From: the human T2T-CHM13v2.0 reference genome, Homo sapiens
Length of the DNA: 64,000 nucleotides
Assembly (NCBI RefSeq): GCF_009914755.1
Contig: NC_060927.1
Direction: 5' to 3' (one strand)
The notes under the pieces are model-generated. The model was not told where the DNA came from and made no database searches. It was given only the letters and a program-made list of their open reading frames with translations. The stretch's first letter is position 1. Each line of letters opens with the position of its first letter. Below, piece by piece: positions 28,594 through 43,234 of the stretch. A program made the position numbers and the translations under genes.

Positions 28594-28607
28594 GGGTCAG
28601 GAGGTCA
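28594..28607 (+). promoter_or_regulatory. Perfect DR2 nuclear receptor element (GGGTCA gg AGGTCA)
   Basis: Exact consensus in apparently unique sequence; function untested. Confidence 0.4.
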
Positions 28608-29949
28608 GAAGGAAAATGGAAGACAAGAAGTAGGCCAGAATTATGACTCGGGTGCTGTGAGGAAGGGAGAGTAGTATACCCTGGATGCCCCTGAGGTTAG
28701 GCTAGGTTCCCATGGGTCATTGGCCTCCTCCAAGACTGGGTGCCCCCACCCTGTGTCTGTAACAGAAACACCATGGAAGGTACTGTTGCTGCCACCCCCT
28801 CATTCCAGCTCCTTTCTTTCTGAAAACCACTGGCCGTGAATTCACACAGGGAGCCTCTTTGTATTGCTCTTTGAGGTTATGTTTATGTGCCCATGCCCTT
28901 GAGTGATGGGCAAAACATGTCTTTGATTTTGTTTGAGAATGCTTTTTAATGTTTATTTCACAGCATTTTTTTCCTATGACAGTTTCATAAGTGTATTTGT
29001 AGAATAGAGCAATTGAATAATCTCTGAATTTAAAAGTCCCTAAGCACTCATTGACACCTTCTCATTTGGGGCATATTGAGCTTAAAAACAGCTTTTCATA
29101 AAGTCTCTAAATTCCAATTTATACTTTAGACATGAACGTCCCCATGGGTCGATTGGATGGAATGAATGTGCTTTGTATGGACACTTAGATACTTCTGTGG
29201 GAGGATTTTGTTGCTCTGTGTTTCTCTCATTTCCCCTTTACTGTTAAACTTAGATTAAAACAAACCTTTTGGACTAAAGGCACTTAACCTCAGTTAGAAT
29301 CACCTTTGCTTGTGCACAAATTATATTGATGTGCTCATTGGTTCTACTGCTGGATTTTACTGGCTTAATAACAGGGAAATTCATATTGTAGGTTGCACTG
29401 TGTAGTTGGGAAATTACATAAAAATCATCATCAGGGCACTTAATGTCTTTCTAATTTTAGTTTATTTCTTCATTTGTTCCCGTGTTAGATCCCAGCCTGT
29501 TACTTTGCTTCCAGGGTTCACTGTGATCATTTTGTTCTGTTCACCAGAAACTACCATTAACCCCCACCTTCTCTTCTTGCTCTGTGGCACACAAATCACT
29601 GAAGAGCCCCCCAAAAGTAAGTGAAAGGCTGGAAACTTCCTACTTTTATACCTAAAAATGTCCTAGAAGCTGGAAAATAAAAATCTGCTGCCCCTTTCTA
29701 CTTGCCAAATATGAATATTTGCCTGCATCTGTTTAGGAGATTTAAAAAAAAAAAAAATTATGTTTGGGTACCAGCAGCCCAGTGATGTCAGTGCCACTGT
29801 GGGACTCAAGGCCCATTAACACTCAGACTGAAAAGGAAGTATTAAAATTCCTTCAGCTTTACTAATATATTTCTCCCCACTGCCTGTCTCCTGGAGAGGG
29901 GACACTCAGTACATTCTCACCTTAGAAAAATGAGAAATTTCCATTACAC

Positions 29950-30185
29950 AATAGAACAGCACAGGGGAAAGAACAAAGGGCTTTGAAGTTAGCCTGAGCT
30001 GAGGTCAAATGCAGCCCTCGCCTCTAGCTATCTCAACTTGGGCACATGGCAAAATTTTGCTTCACGTGAAATGAACTAACCCATTGCGTGGAGATTATCA
30101 TAGAAATGTTGCAGGATTGTTTTGTGGATTGGACTCATGGGGTAATGCATTTAGCACCGTGCTTGGCACATAGTAAGTGCCGAAT
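29950..30185 (+). mobile_element. MIR SINE
   Basis: gggctttgaagttag...gcatttagcaccgtgcttggcacatagtaagtgc. Confidence 0.65.
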
Positions 30186-31132
30186 GAGAGTGGTTGTCTG
30201 CTACTGCTTCTTTTGGTGACACAGTTTGGTTGCCGCTGTTGCTGCTGCCACAGCTGTGTTTTATTATAGCTACAGCCTTGATTATACTTCAGGAGAAAAG
30301 TTAAAAGTAGAGACTCTATTCATTTTGAATTGTTTAGAACACCACAGCTTAGAAGTGCAGCTCCAAATATTATGTCACAGCCTTAAAAATAAAGTTTGCA
30401 AGCATGGTTTCTAAAATAAATATCCACCTTTCTTGGCTACTTAAACCGGGAGCCAGGTGGCTCATTTGCCCAGAGATGCCGAGACATGTGTAATCAGAGA
30501 ATGGGAGAGTATCCTGGTATCCTGGAACCCAACTCCATGGAGAAAACTGAACTGGGGTGTTAGAAAGGACGCCTGGCCCCCTTCCTTCCTCAGTCAGCTC
30601 AAGGTGAGGCCATCAGGGTCTTCCAGCAGTGCTGAGCCCAAGCTAAATCGCCACAGAGACAAAGTTGCCCTTCCCCTTCCCCGTCCTCCCAGCAGCTGCC
30701 TTTCTTTGCTCATCTGGCACCTTCCATCTCTCCTCTGCCTTATTTGGGACTCTGTGGCCTGCCTTCCTCCAGATCCGTCATGTCCCTTCTCCCAACCAAC
30801 TCCTGTCCACCCTGTGGCCTCCTCAGCAAGACTGCTTTTGCTGTTAGCCACCTGAGAGGAAAGCTGGGGAGGATATCAGTGGTGCTGTGGTAGTTCATGG
30901 TCATGAGGGGCTTTACTAATGGCAACAGCCCCAAGACTTCAGGTTATCCCATGCAGCAGATAGGACAGGAATCATATTCTGATTCAGTTTCCTGAGATTG
31001 AGAGAGGGTAAGAGACCTGCCTGAGGTCACACAGCTGGTATACACCCATGGGTCTTAATTCTAATTCCCAGCATCCTTTCAACTACCCTTTGCTTCTCTA
31101 AACAATGAAGTTCTTGCACATATTTAAAGCTA

Positions 31133-31484
<352 letters not shown>

Positions 31485-31785
31485 TCTATAATTATGTGGT
31501 TTGATTTAACGTGTATACTAGTTTAATGCAGTATTTCCCTAAGTGTAAACTGCACACTGTGATATGAAATATAATTTTAGGGAATATTGAACTTGGCATA
31601 AGACAGTATGAACTCATTTAATGATAAAGATTTTCCTTTCCAATATTTATTGTCTTTTTATTACCAATGAGAAAAATCTCAGTTTGATGCCAATACAGCC
31701 TTAATTAATATTTCTTGAATCTCTGCTAATCTGTCTTTTTAACAGATGGCAACAATCCCTAGGTAGGACTGAAATGTATTTATTT

Positions 31786-32279
<494 letters not shown>

Positions 32280-32784
32280 AACCCTGTTTATTTTTTACCC
32301 TACCTTTCTATTTATGGCAAATGACACCCCTTTCCCCTTTATAGTAGTAATACAAACATTTCCTCTAAATTTTATTTAAGAAAAAAAATCAATTGAGACA
32401 GAAATCGTTAAGTGTGTAGCAGCCTGTGAATATGTGCAAAATTGTGAAGGCAGTACTTCAAAGGACTGAAGTTTGAGAAACACTGGTTTTATATGTTCTT
32501 GTATCTTAGGAATAGAAGCAGAGTCTGCAGCTGTGGCCTGAGCCCTCTCAGAGTCTCTGTAGTGCCTCAGTTGCTGGTCAGATCCCACTGACATGCCCCT
32601 GCCTTACTGCCTGCCGCTAACCCTTCCTCACATGCTGAACTCTGTGCACAACTTGAGGATGGGAAGGAGGGTCTTGCTTTTTTGCATCCTCAAGGTTTAG
32701 ACCTTTCCTGATAAAACAAGGGGTCAATGAATGGGTGGATCTGTCACAGTGGATTTTAAGCATCCGGGGGAACTGATGGAGGGA

Positions 32785-33020
32785 TGCAGTATGCTGCTTA
32801 AAGCCTGGACTTAAGGGGGAGTCAGATTCATACCCCAGCCCACCACTTACTTAGCTCTGTGTGATCTTGGGCAGGTCACTTAACATCTGTGTACACCAAG
32901 TTGCTTGTCTGTAACATGAAGAGAGTAATAGTACCTACTTCATGTGGCTATTGTGAGAAGGAAATGAATTAATACATGGCAGGGGCTAAAAACAGTACTT
33001 AGCTAAGCGTTAGCTCCTGT
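32785..33020 (+). mobile_element. MIR SINE
   Basis: ccacttacttagctctgtgtgatcttgggcaggtcacttaac...taatagtacctacttcat. Confidence 0.8.
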
Positions 33021-33856
33021 TACTGTTCCGGTATCTGTTATGATACTGAGCCATCCTGGTCTCTAAAGATTGGTGTATTCATTCATCAGCGGTCCTTAGT
33101 GATTGTACAGGACAGCTAATGCTCCTTCCGACCCAGTGGTCCCTTTACTCAAAACAAGAAGTACATGTCCTTGGGACTCAAATCTACCCCCACAAAGCAA
33201 GGTGATGGGTAGATGGGGCCAGAAGCAGTTTCAGCTCTGAGCCAGGTGATCTGATGTTGGAATTCATGGCACTTCATCGCTTACACAATCAACTCCAAAT
33301 GTCCAAATGTGTTAGCATGGGCAGAGAGCCCTGCACAGCTGCCCCAGCCTGTCCAACACTGATCTCTTGTCATGTGCCCCCAAATGTGCCACACACTAGC
33401 CATCACTGACCACTCGGTGTCCTCTCATGTGACACAGCATCCTTAGGCGGTGCCTGCTGTTCTCTCTGCCTGCAATGCCTTTCCCTCCCTACTCCTCCTT
33501 GAAGCCACCTTCTTCCTAAATGAGCAGGCATGCGCACATACACGCGACACACTTTTCTAACAGCAAGGAGTGTGTGTGGGTCACTCTTGCCTCTCCATGC
33601 TATGAAGTGTTAGTGGCACCTCTATTGAGATGACTTTCAGAGTCAAACTGTTTTTTGGGTGGTCCAGGAGCTTTTGGTGTCTGTGTGTGTGTATAGGTGT
33701 TGAGAGAGGGAAAACTCATCGCACAGAAGGTCCCTCACTGGCTGGGGGTGCTTCAAGAACAAGTATGGAGTTTGGTTTTTATTTATATCTTTAATTGTGA
33801 GCCTAGTGCCTTGTACTTAATAGATATTTCTGGAATGAATTGAAAGCAAAGGGTAC

Positions 33857-34266
<410 letters not shown>

Positions 34267-34510
34267 TTAAGAGATTTGAACACGTGAACTTAAAGTGAAA
34301 TACAAGCCCAAGAAAACATTAGGTCTTATTGATATCATGAGCCCATTTTTACCTTTCCCATTCTGCCTCCTCTCCCACTTTGCACCATATGAGTGATAGC
34401 ATGTTACCCCTTTCATGACATGACATCCCAATGCTGTTTTTTCCATGGTGGATGTAAACAGATTAAGCTTGTAAATAGGTCCTAACAGAGATTTACTTTC
34501 TCTCAAAACT

Positions 34511-34535
34511 ACACACACACACACACACACACACA
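34511..34535. repeat. (AC)n microsatellite
   Basis: Direct read. Confidence 0.9.
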
Positions 34536-36079
34536 TTTCATCAAATCGATCATTTCTTAAGGTGCACTATTATTTTGTATACCACTAAAAGGGAAAACGG
34601 TGCCTATTAAACCAAGACACACTCAGATTGTAAGACAGGTGGCAATTTCAGAAAGGGGGAGAGGAAGGGAGAGAGGGAGAAACCAGATATCTGGTTTCAA
34701 CCCTGTAAGAAAAAAGGAAGTGCCTTACATTCTAAACTGGAAATATTGTATGTTTTCATCTTGAGCTATTTTTTATTCTGCTTTAAATAGACATTGATAA
34801 AACCTTAGTGCCCAAAGACAATCCCCAGCAAAGAGAGTTGGCTGAATAAATATGCAAGTGCTTCTAAAATAGCTGGCAGAGAGCCCTTTGTTTGGAAACA
34901 AATGTCTCCCTAAAAATAGCAACCTGAAATTCTCCTGCAGTCCCTGTGTTCTGGAGCAATGAACATGGCCCTTTAAGTACCTTCTCCCAGTGACAGCAAT
35001 TCTCAGGAGAGTGGCTACCTAAATCGCTCAGTAAATCCTTGCATAGAGTACAGTCTGGAATTTGCTCCTCCTGGAGTGGTATCAAGGACTTAAACTCTAT
35101 CTCTTCTCCCTCTGCTATCACAAAATATTAACTGTCATGGTTAGGTTATTTCTTTCATCCTTCTCCCTTTACAGCTGGAAAACAAAGAGTTGAGCAATTA
35201 TCTGATGAATTAGATTAATGAAGACAGGCATCTTTTAGTACTGGGACCAAGCAAAGCAAACACCCTGTTTTCTCAGGAGAAGGAAAGTTTTTGTCCAAAA
35301 TACACACTTGATTGTTCCGACACTTCATTTTACCAAGCGTAAAATACCTCCATGATTAAAAAAAAAAAATCTGCTCCTTTCATTTTCAAAATGATTTTAG
35401 GACACAAATATTTTATTGATATTGGAAAATGCAACTCCTCCATTTTTCTTTGCTTGTTTTTTTGGGGGAAGGGGATTATAACGTCAGTTGGTCTGACTTC
35501 TAAACAATATTTTGGTTTAGCAACATTGTTTAAATCTTAAAATAAAACTGAGGAACTTAACTAGTGTTTGAAAATGGACCCATTTAGGAGCCAGTCATGA
35601 TATGGCCCTTCCAAAGGGAAAGATAAAAGTTGCTTCTAGTAAACTCTGTGGACTCAAGAGATTTAAGGAGGACAGGAAGAGAATCAAGTGAAAGGTAATA
35701 AGTGAAGGAGTCCCACTTTATGTCCTGAAAGTGTCCAGACACAATGTTTGAGTAGTTTTAAACTGAATGGAAACTTGGATATTGTGTCCTTGGACTTTCA
35801 GCTCTCAGAAATCTGCAAATATGCAGTCTCAGAATGTACTCCCACCCTACTCTAATGGATGCAGTGAGTGAGTTATTTCAGGAAGAAAGGCATCAGGGCT
35901 TCCTCCTGTCTCTTGGGGCTGAGGAAACTCTTGGAGATGGCCTTCCCCACATTCTTAAGGATAATAACGGTGTCCAGGTCTATGGAGTGCAAAGCCCCAT
36001 TTTGTTTTTACAAATAGTGCCTTCTGTGTGGCATTGTATTCCTTAAAAATAGAATTGCATCCATCAGATTGAAGTGTGG

Positions 36080-36720
36080 TGCTTTACTCCACCAGAATGG
36101 CTGACACTAAAAGGACTGACAATAGCAAATGTTTGTGAAATGTGAAGCAACTGGAACTCTCATGTGTGGCTTGTGGAAGTATAAATCAAGCCAAAGTTTG
36201 GAAAACTCTTTGGCAGTATCTCCTAAAGCTAAACATACCAATATGACTGAGTGGTTATATTCCTGGGAACATACTCAATAGAAATGAGAATATGGACCCA
36301 CCCAAAGACACATACAAGAATGTTCACAGCAGATTTATTGATAATAGTCCAATCCTGGGGGGGAGGGGGAACAAACCCATATGTCTGTCAACAGTAGAAT
36401 GTGTAAATAAATTGTGACATATTCAAATCATGGAATATGCTTAGTAATAAAGAACTAACAGCATGGATGAACTCAAATGACATTGAGTGAAAGAACTTAG
36501 AACAAGAGACAAGAAACAGTCTATATTATTCCATTTGTTTAAAGATTTAAAATGAGCAAAACTTGTCTATATGATAATGAGAAGAATGGTGGTTACCCTC
36601 AGAAAGGAGGTATTGACTCAAAAGAGCCACATGGAATCCCTGTGGGGTGCTGGACATTCTAAACTTTAATCTGATATGTACATGCAAAACTATGTGTGTA
36701 TTTTATACCTCGGTGAAAAG
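36080..36720 (+). mobile_element. L1M (L1ME-like) 3' fragment
   Basis: actgacaatagcaaatg...aactggaactctc...tttggcagtatct...caagaatgttcacagcag. Confidence 0.75.
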
Positions 36721-37480
36721 GAAAAAGATTAAAATATGGAGTAGTGGAACGGCCATTTCTTCCTGTGCATAGAGAAATTGTGTTATCATCAAGAAGAGTA
36801 ATACCTCTCATTAGAAGAATCTTCCTTCCTGTTAATACCTTAACATTTCTTCAGGCAGTGTTTTAACATCTTGGCATTTTGCCTTTTCCTCTGGTTTGAG
36901 ACCCTTTTCACTTCAGCTTTGAATGTGTAAGGAGCACCAGAAATGCACTATGGGCCATGATCTACTCCTAGTTCCCTGACTATGGTTATCTAATACCCCA
37001 AATTGCATCAACCCACCTAACTAGCTTTTTCTTTTAGGGCTATGCACTCCAAATTAACAGGCCAGGGATTTCTTTACAACTTGTTATATTTGAAAAATTA
37101 TTTTACCCATCAGATAATAAACAGCTAAAAAAAGATAATGTAAGAATTGTTATTGCTAAGTGTTAAATTATCAGTAGTGGCAGTATGTTCCTTTTAGAAA
37201 TATAGTGTTCAAGATGTGATTTATGAACTTATGTGGATTCCAGTTTAATAATTAGCTAATTATTCTTTTTTCCATAATTAAAAAAAGCAAGGTGCTTTAT
37301 ATTTTGATTCATTCATTAAAGGGAACTGGGACTTCAAATGAATAATCAAATTGAGACTGGCTTAGGGAAGTTAACAAAAAGTTTTGGCTGGTACAATAGG
37401 CAACCTAGTTAAAAAAAGCCATCAGAGTAATTTATTTGTGAGTTCTAGATTTATCAAAGGTTCATCTTTATTTCCTTGTC

Positions 37481-37774
37481 TTTTTTTTTTTTTGAGACAG
37501 GGTCACACTCTGTCGTCCAGGCTGGAGTGCAGTGATGCAATCTTGGCTCACTGCAATCTCTGCCTCCTGGGTTCAAGTGATTCTCGTGCCTCACCCACCC
37601 AAGTAGCTGGGATTATAAGCATACACCTCCACACCCAACTAATTTTTGTATTTTTAGCAGAAATAGGGTTTTGCCATGTTGGCCAGGCTGATCTCAAACA
37701 CCTGGCCTCAAGTGATCCACACACCTCGCCCTCCCAAAGTGTTGAGATTACAGGTGTGAGCCACTGTGTCCAGC
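37481..37774 (-). mobile_element. Alu (old AluS/J), full length
   Basis: TSD ttccttgtc. Confidence 0.93.
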
Positions 37775-38124
37775 TTCCTTGTCCCTTTTATTTTTATTTT
37801 TTAAAAGTGTTTAATATATACTGACGGCAGAAAAGAAAGCAGTAAAAATGACAAATTCTTCCCTAATGCCAGTTTGCAGAGTACGAGCAATTAATCCAGC
37901 ATTCGAAATTTAGACATAAAGACATACAACTTGTGGTTTCATGAGATGGTATTTTAACAAGTTGATTGAAAATATGTAATGTCACTTCTAAAATATCAAA
38001 ACTAATGGGGTTGGTTATCTCTGCAAGAGCAAATATTAGGAAACCCTCACCCTCTTTATAGAAATATATTTATCTCTTGTTGCTGTCTTCAATGAATACA
38101 ATGAGGCTTACAAAAGTAATGTGA

Positions 38125-39000
38125 AAAAAATGACAACTCAACAGTAAAAAGATAAATAGCTCAATTTTAAAATGGGCAATGGATTTGAGTAGACATTCCA
38201 CCAAAGAAAATATACAAATAACTAATAAATACATGAAAAGATGTTCAACATCTTTAGTCATCATGGAAATGCAGGTCAAAACCATGATGAGATGCTGCTT
38301 CACACCCATTAAGAGGGCTGTAATAAGAAAGACGAGCAATAACAAATGTTAGGAAGATGTACAGAAATTTGGACACTCGCACACTGCTAGTGGGATCATA
38401 AATGGTACATTGCCACTATGGGAAACAGTTTGGCAGTTCCTCAAGAACTTAAACAGAGAGTTATTATGGGACCCATTCATTTTACTCCTAAGTATATACT
38501 CAAGAGAAATAAAAACATGTATCTACACAGAAAGTTGACAGAAATGCTCATAGAAGCATTATTCATAATAGCAAAAAGCTGAAACACCCAAATATGCATT
38601 AATTGATGAATAGACAAGTAAAATATGATATATCCTTACAACAGAATATTTTTCATCCATAAAAAGGAATGAAATATTGATATATGGTACGACATGGATG
38701 ACCTTTGAAAATATTACGCTAAGTGAAAGAAGCCAGACACAAAAGGCCCCATATTCTATGAGATCATCCATACAAAATGTCCAGAAAGGGCAAATCCATA
38801 GAAACACAAAGTAACTTCAGAGTTGCTAGAAGTTGTCAAGCAGTGGTGAATGGGGAGGGCTGCTAATGGAAATATTCTGGACTTAGATGGTGGTGACTGT
38901 TTCACAATTTGTGAAATTTGTGAATATATTAAAAACCACTGAATAACACATTTTAAAAGGGCAAATTTATAGCATTTGAATTGTATCTTAATTTTAAAAA
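38125..39000 (+). mobile_element. L1MB-like 3' fragment (ORF2 end plus 3'UTR)
   Basis: aaaatgggcaatggatttgagtagacatt...catgaaaagatgttcaacatc...aagtgaaagaagccagacacaaaagg. Confidence 0.85.
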
Positions 39001-39609
39001 ACCGATGATTTTAAAATGTTAGGTTAATTGATGTAAGGGAAAATATAAAAGTAAACCTTGGAGTCAGATTCGTATACTAAGTTGTGTATGTGCTAGATGA
39101 GGGCTCTTATTTGGTAAAAATTGTTTCTGGTAGTCAGAGCTAAAAGGGGACAAGTTCAGTGACAAGACTCTCGGTGTCCACAAGAGGAAAATAGCCTTGT
39201 TGTTCAGAAGAATCACAGATTTTCTAGATACTGATGTTTGAGATGAATGTTTCCCACAGGTCTTTATAAAGTGAGTACTGGGAGACGTCATTTAGGATGT
39301 CCTTGACATTTTTCGTTGCTCTTCCTCAGGACATCCCTCCAGGTAGTTAGTTATTCAATCTCATCTGTTTTCCAAATTGAAATAAAAAGGCATGCAAAAG
39401 CAAGGCAATCCTTATGACCTTAGACCCAAAAGAAATAACGATGGGCATGAAATTGAGAGAGTACAATAAAGATGGCTTCCTCAAAACAAGAGTTGACTCT
39501 CCTCTTCATTCCATTTCAAATTCTATACTTTAAAATAGTTCTCCTTCAAATAATGCATTTATGGGTATTGTCTATTTCTGTTTGATTTGCCCTTTTAAAG
39601 TAGAAATCA

Positions 39610-40375
39610 ACTTTTTATTTTAGAACATTTTTCTCTTTATTAAGGTATAACTTACATATCTTAATGGCACAGACTTTTAAGTGTACTGTTTAGTAAGTTT
39701 TGATAAATATATGCATCCTTCAAACTACCTCCTAAGATCTTAGAAGGAAGCATGGGGGAGCTTTCTGGGGTTGGAACATTTTGTATCTTGATTTGGGTGG
39801 TGGTTATAATTAAGGTAAACTCTTCCAATATCTGTCACCATAGGTTAGCTTTGCTTGTTGAACTTCACCTACACAGAGTCACAGTGTATGCTCTTTTGTG
39901 TCTAGCTTCTTTCATTCATCATTACCTCTGTAGGATTTTCCCATGTTGCTGCATATATTGGTTGTTTGCTCCTTCTGTTACTGAGTAGCATTCTATTTTA
40001 TAGATAGGCTTTTCTCATGTTGATGGACATTTGGGTTGTTTCTGGTTAGAAGCTATTATGAATAACATTGCCTTGAATATCCTGTACATGCTTTGTGGGA
40101 GGCATGGCCACTTATTTCTCCCGGGTATAGACCTAAGAGTGAAATTACTCAGTCACAGGGACACGTGTTTAATTTTATTAAAAGCAGTTCGTTTTCCAAG
40201 TGGTTATTCTACCTGCCATTTTACCCTCCATCAGCAGTGTATGGGAATTCCACTTGTTCCACATCCTTGCCATACCTTGATATTTCAGTCTTTTAATTTC
40301 AGAGATCCTCCTGGGTCTGAAGTGGTAGCTCATTGTGGTTTTAATGTGCATTTTCCTGATGACTAATGATGTTCC
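39610..40375 (-). mobile_element. L1M (L1ME/MC-like) 3' fragment with a short inverted segment
   Basis: gttgatggacatttgggttgtttc...ccatcagcagtgtatggga...tgcattttcctgatgactaatgatgtt. Confidence 0.8.
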
Positions 40376-40837
40376 ATTTCTTTTTAATTTAATAAAAAAT
40401 TTATTAAGTTAGAAAGTATAAAACAAAATTATGCACAGTTTGATCTCATATTTGTAACAACACATAAGATTTGAAAGATAAAACCCAAAATGTCAAAAGT
40501 TATTGCCACGTTTTTTAAGCTTACCTGTATTTTTATCACTTATCATTTTAGTGCACATTTGTTTGTGTGATTAAAAAAAAGAAAAGCTACTTTTAAAAAG
40601 CGAATTAACTCAGATTATTCTGAGATAAAACTTCAGTTTTCCTGATTTTCTAACACTAAGTAATGTTGGGCATTGACAATGCTTTAGATAGAAATGGTTG
40701 AGAAAAATTGAGGCCAATACTGTTTTTGCATTTACTTCTTTGTTTCCCCCAAGAGGATCAAATCCATTCCTAAACATTTAGAAATCTTGATATCTGAAGA
40801 TAACATCCATATTCACCTCAGTGTAAAAGACCATAAT

Positions 40838-41049
40838 CAGGGGTCAGCCTATGAGCCAAATCTGGCCTGCTGCCTGTTTTTATCAATAAAATTTTACTGG
40901 AACAGCCACATGCATTCACTTATGTATTGTCTGCTGCTGCCTCCTTGCTAAACAACAGAGTTGAGTAGTTGTCACAGAGGCCATACTGCCCACAAAACCT
41001 AAAATATCTACTATCTGGCCCTTTAAGGAAAAAGTTTTGCCAACCCTTG
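40838..41049 (+). mobile_element. MER58A
   Basis: caggggtcag...gccaaatctggcctgctgcctgttttt...aaaatatctactatctggcccttta...tttgccaacccttg. Confidence 0.85.
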
Positions 41050-43195
41050 CCATATTCACTCTTAAAATTTTCTATTCTAATTCAAACACTGGTTATAAGA
41101 GTTTAGTTCCACGCCAAATATATGTGCAATTTGTAACTGCAGCCTTCATTTCTATCCAGTTCATAGAAGCTACTCAGTAGTTACATGCCTTACCATCCTA
41201 TCTCAACAGTTCAGTAGGGACCTTCTGATTTCAGCTCTGGACTGAAAATTCTTAAACTATTCCTCTCCCAGTCTCCAAAATCTGGTCATTTTAGGTACAG
41301 GGAACATAAAAAGAGTTGGTTCCTAATACAAATGCAACTAACTATGAAGTTATATCCTTTTAAAAGCACATATAGATGAGAATTTAAACATCCAACTGAT
41401 AACTCTTTTTTTAGATAAAATAAGTAGCGACTGTGAATAAATGAGCTTGCTTTTCTTATCTAGAAATTGCCTCAGAAGGCAGTTCCAGAAGAGGAGAGAG
41501 AAAAATGTAAGTGGTGACACTAGCGTTGGAACAGGTAAACTCAGGATGACTTTTCTTTGAACAGTCATGTATCATATAAAACCTCACTCATTTATAGCCA
41601 CACATGATATATAGTGAAATGCTCTAACACTTAAGTCCAGCTCATGACAAACTTATTACCCTTCACTGAAGCCTTTAATAAACTACCAAAAAGGTATGTA
41701 AAGCAAATTCCCTTAAGCCAGCATGATGCACTGGCCCATTTTAAAGATGGACTTCAAGCAAGAACAGTAACTGCCTCTGTTTTGTCAGCTGTAGCACAAA
41801 AGTCCTCATTCCTACCCTTTATACACCTAAGGGAGTTTGTGACAATAAAATATCAAGAGTATCAAAAAGCTGTCAAAGTGCTTTGAGAAATCAAAATGCT
41901 TTAGAAACAGAGGATATAAATGTGGTTAATTTTATTAACTCAGAGCCTTCAGAGCAACCTATGTCTGGGTCTCCCCCATCAGGCAAGGAAAGGGCGTTAC
42001 CTTTCTCCTGAAGTCCACATCACCCAAGACTTCCTATCTACAGAGCGTGTCTCCAGTGAAGAGATCTTTGCTATACATGCTCTTGTCACGGTAGAACTTC
42101 CCCGGCCTACTTAGCTTTCAAACTTTGCGCATCTAAAAGATACAACCATCTTTCTTAGAGTTCCTTCCTAGATCTAATTATACAAAACCGGGGGTGCCGC
42201 AAGCATCACCTCCCATCCAAACTCATCACACACGTTCCTGTTTCAAGGGTGAATCAACATGTGAACTTTGCTGCTGCAGAGAGCTGACAGCTGCTTCTGA
42301 GTTATTCCTGGTGCCTCTGACAGCTTCTAGGATATTCTGGGGGAAAAAATAAGATATGAGAATCCACTGGAGCTTTGGTTCTGCTGGCCTGTAATTCATT
42401 AATAAATGTGGAAGAGAGCTGTGCAGTAGGAAGGAATGAATATACAGTATCCACCTTAGTCTAATGTAGAAGCTGTCTATTAAAAAGCACTAGGCTGAGA
42501 ACCCAGAATGTGACACCTAGGGGCCAGCCATGCCCAACTAGCTGGGTGGCCATGGGCAAGTCACTTAACCTCTCTGGGTAGTGCACGTCTATAAAACAAG
42601 GGCATTGAGGCAATAATTGGTAAGATCCCTTCCAGACATCACACAATCTGAGACAATAGATTGTAACATCCCTTTAATTAGAGTCAGTAAAACCTCTTCA
42701 TTGAAAATCATATTTGCTTCCAGGACATAATTACAGTGAAACCTAATTCGTACTGTGCTCTGCTCCAAATACAGTAGAGAGAGAGCTGTTAAGTGGTTTT
42801 TGAACATAATGTGCCAAGATTGACTTCTCTTGCTGCTTTTTTCTCATATGTCACCTTTTTATATGGGGATCTCTGAACATTTTTGTCATGGCGTGCTATA
42901 AAAGAGTATCATCATTTTAGAGATGAAATACCTGAGACACAAAGAGGTTAATTACCTCACTCAAGAAAATATATGAAAACAAAATACTTCAAGCAGAAGT
43001 GGTGGAGAAAAAGACCGGTATTTGTGATATGGAAGATAATTGAAGTTGTAATTATCCACTTTACATTTTCTAAGGGATCTACCATGGACATGTAGACTTA
43101 AAAATCCATCAAAATTGTACTTTCTATGTCCCTTGCCAGTAAACTGCGGTTGGGAAGAGAGAAACTAAGAGAATGGTCTAAACAACCTTTCGGTA

Positions 43196-43234
43196 GGCGC
43201 AGGGGGCGGGGCACGTTTTACGAGTAGGTGGCAA
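43196..43234 (+). promoter_or_regulatory. GC box plus two tandem CTCF-like motifs
   Basis: gcgcagggggcgg, GGGGCGGGGC and cgagtaggtggcaa sit in a small CpG cluster. Confidence 0.4.

Noticed and set aside
30457-30855. 132-aa ORF
   Set aside because: Non-ATG start, low-complexity S/P/L composition, no recognisable domain.
38070-40366. ORFs at 38070, 38559, 39752 and 40031
   Set aside because: Translations of decayed L1 fragments, not intact genes.
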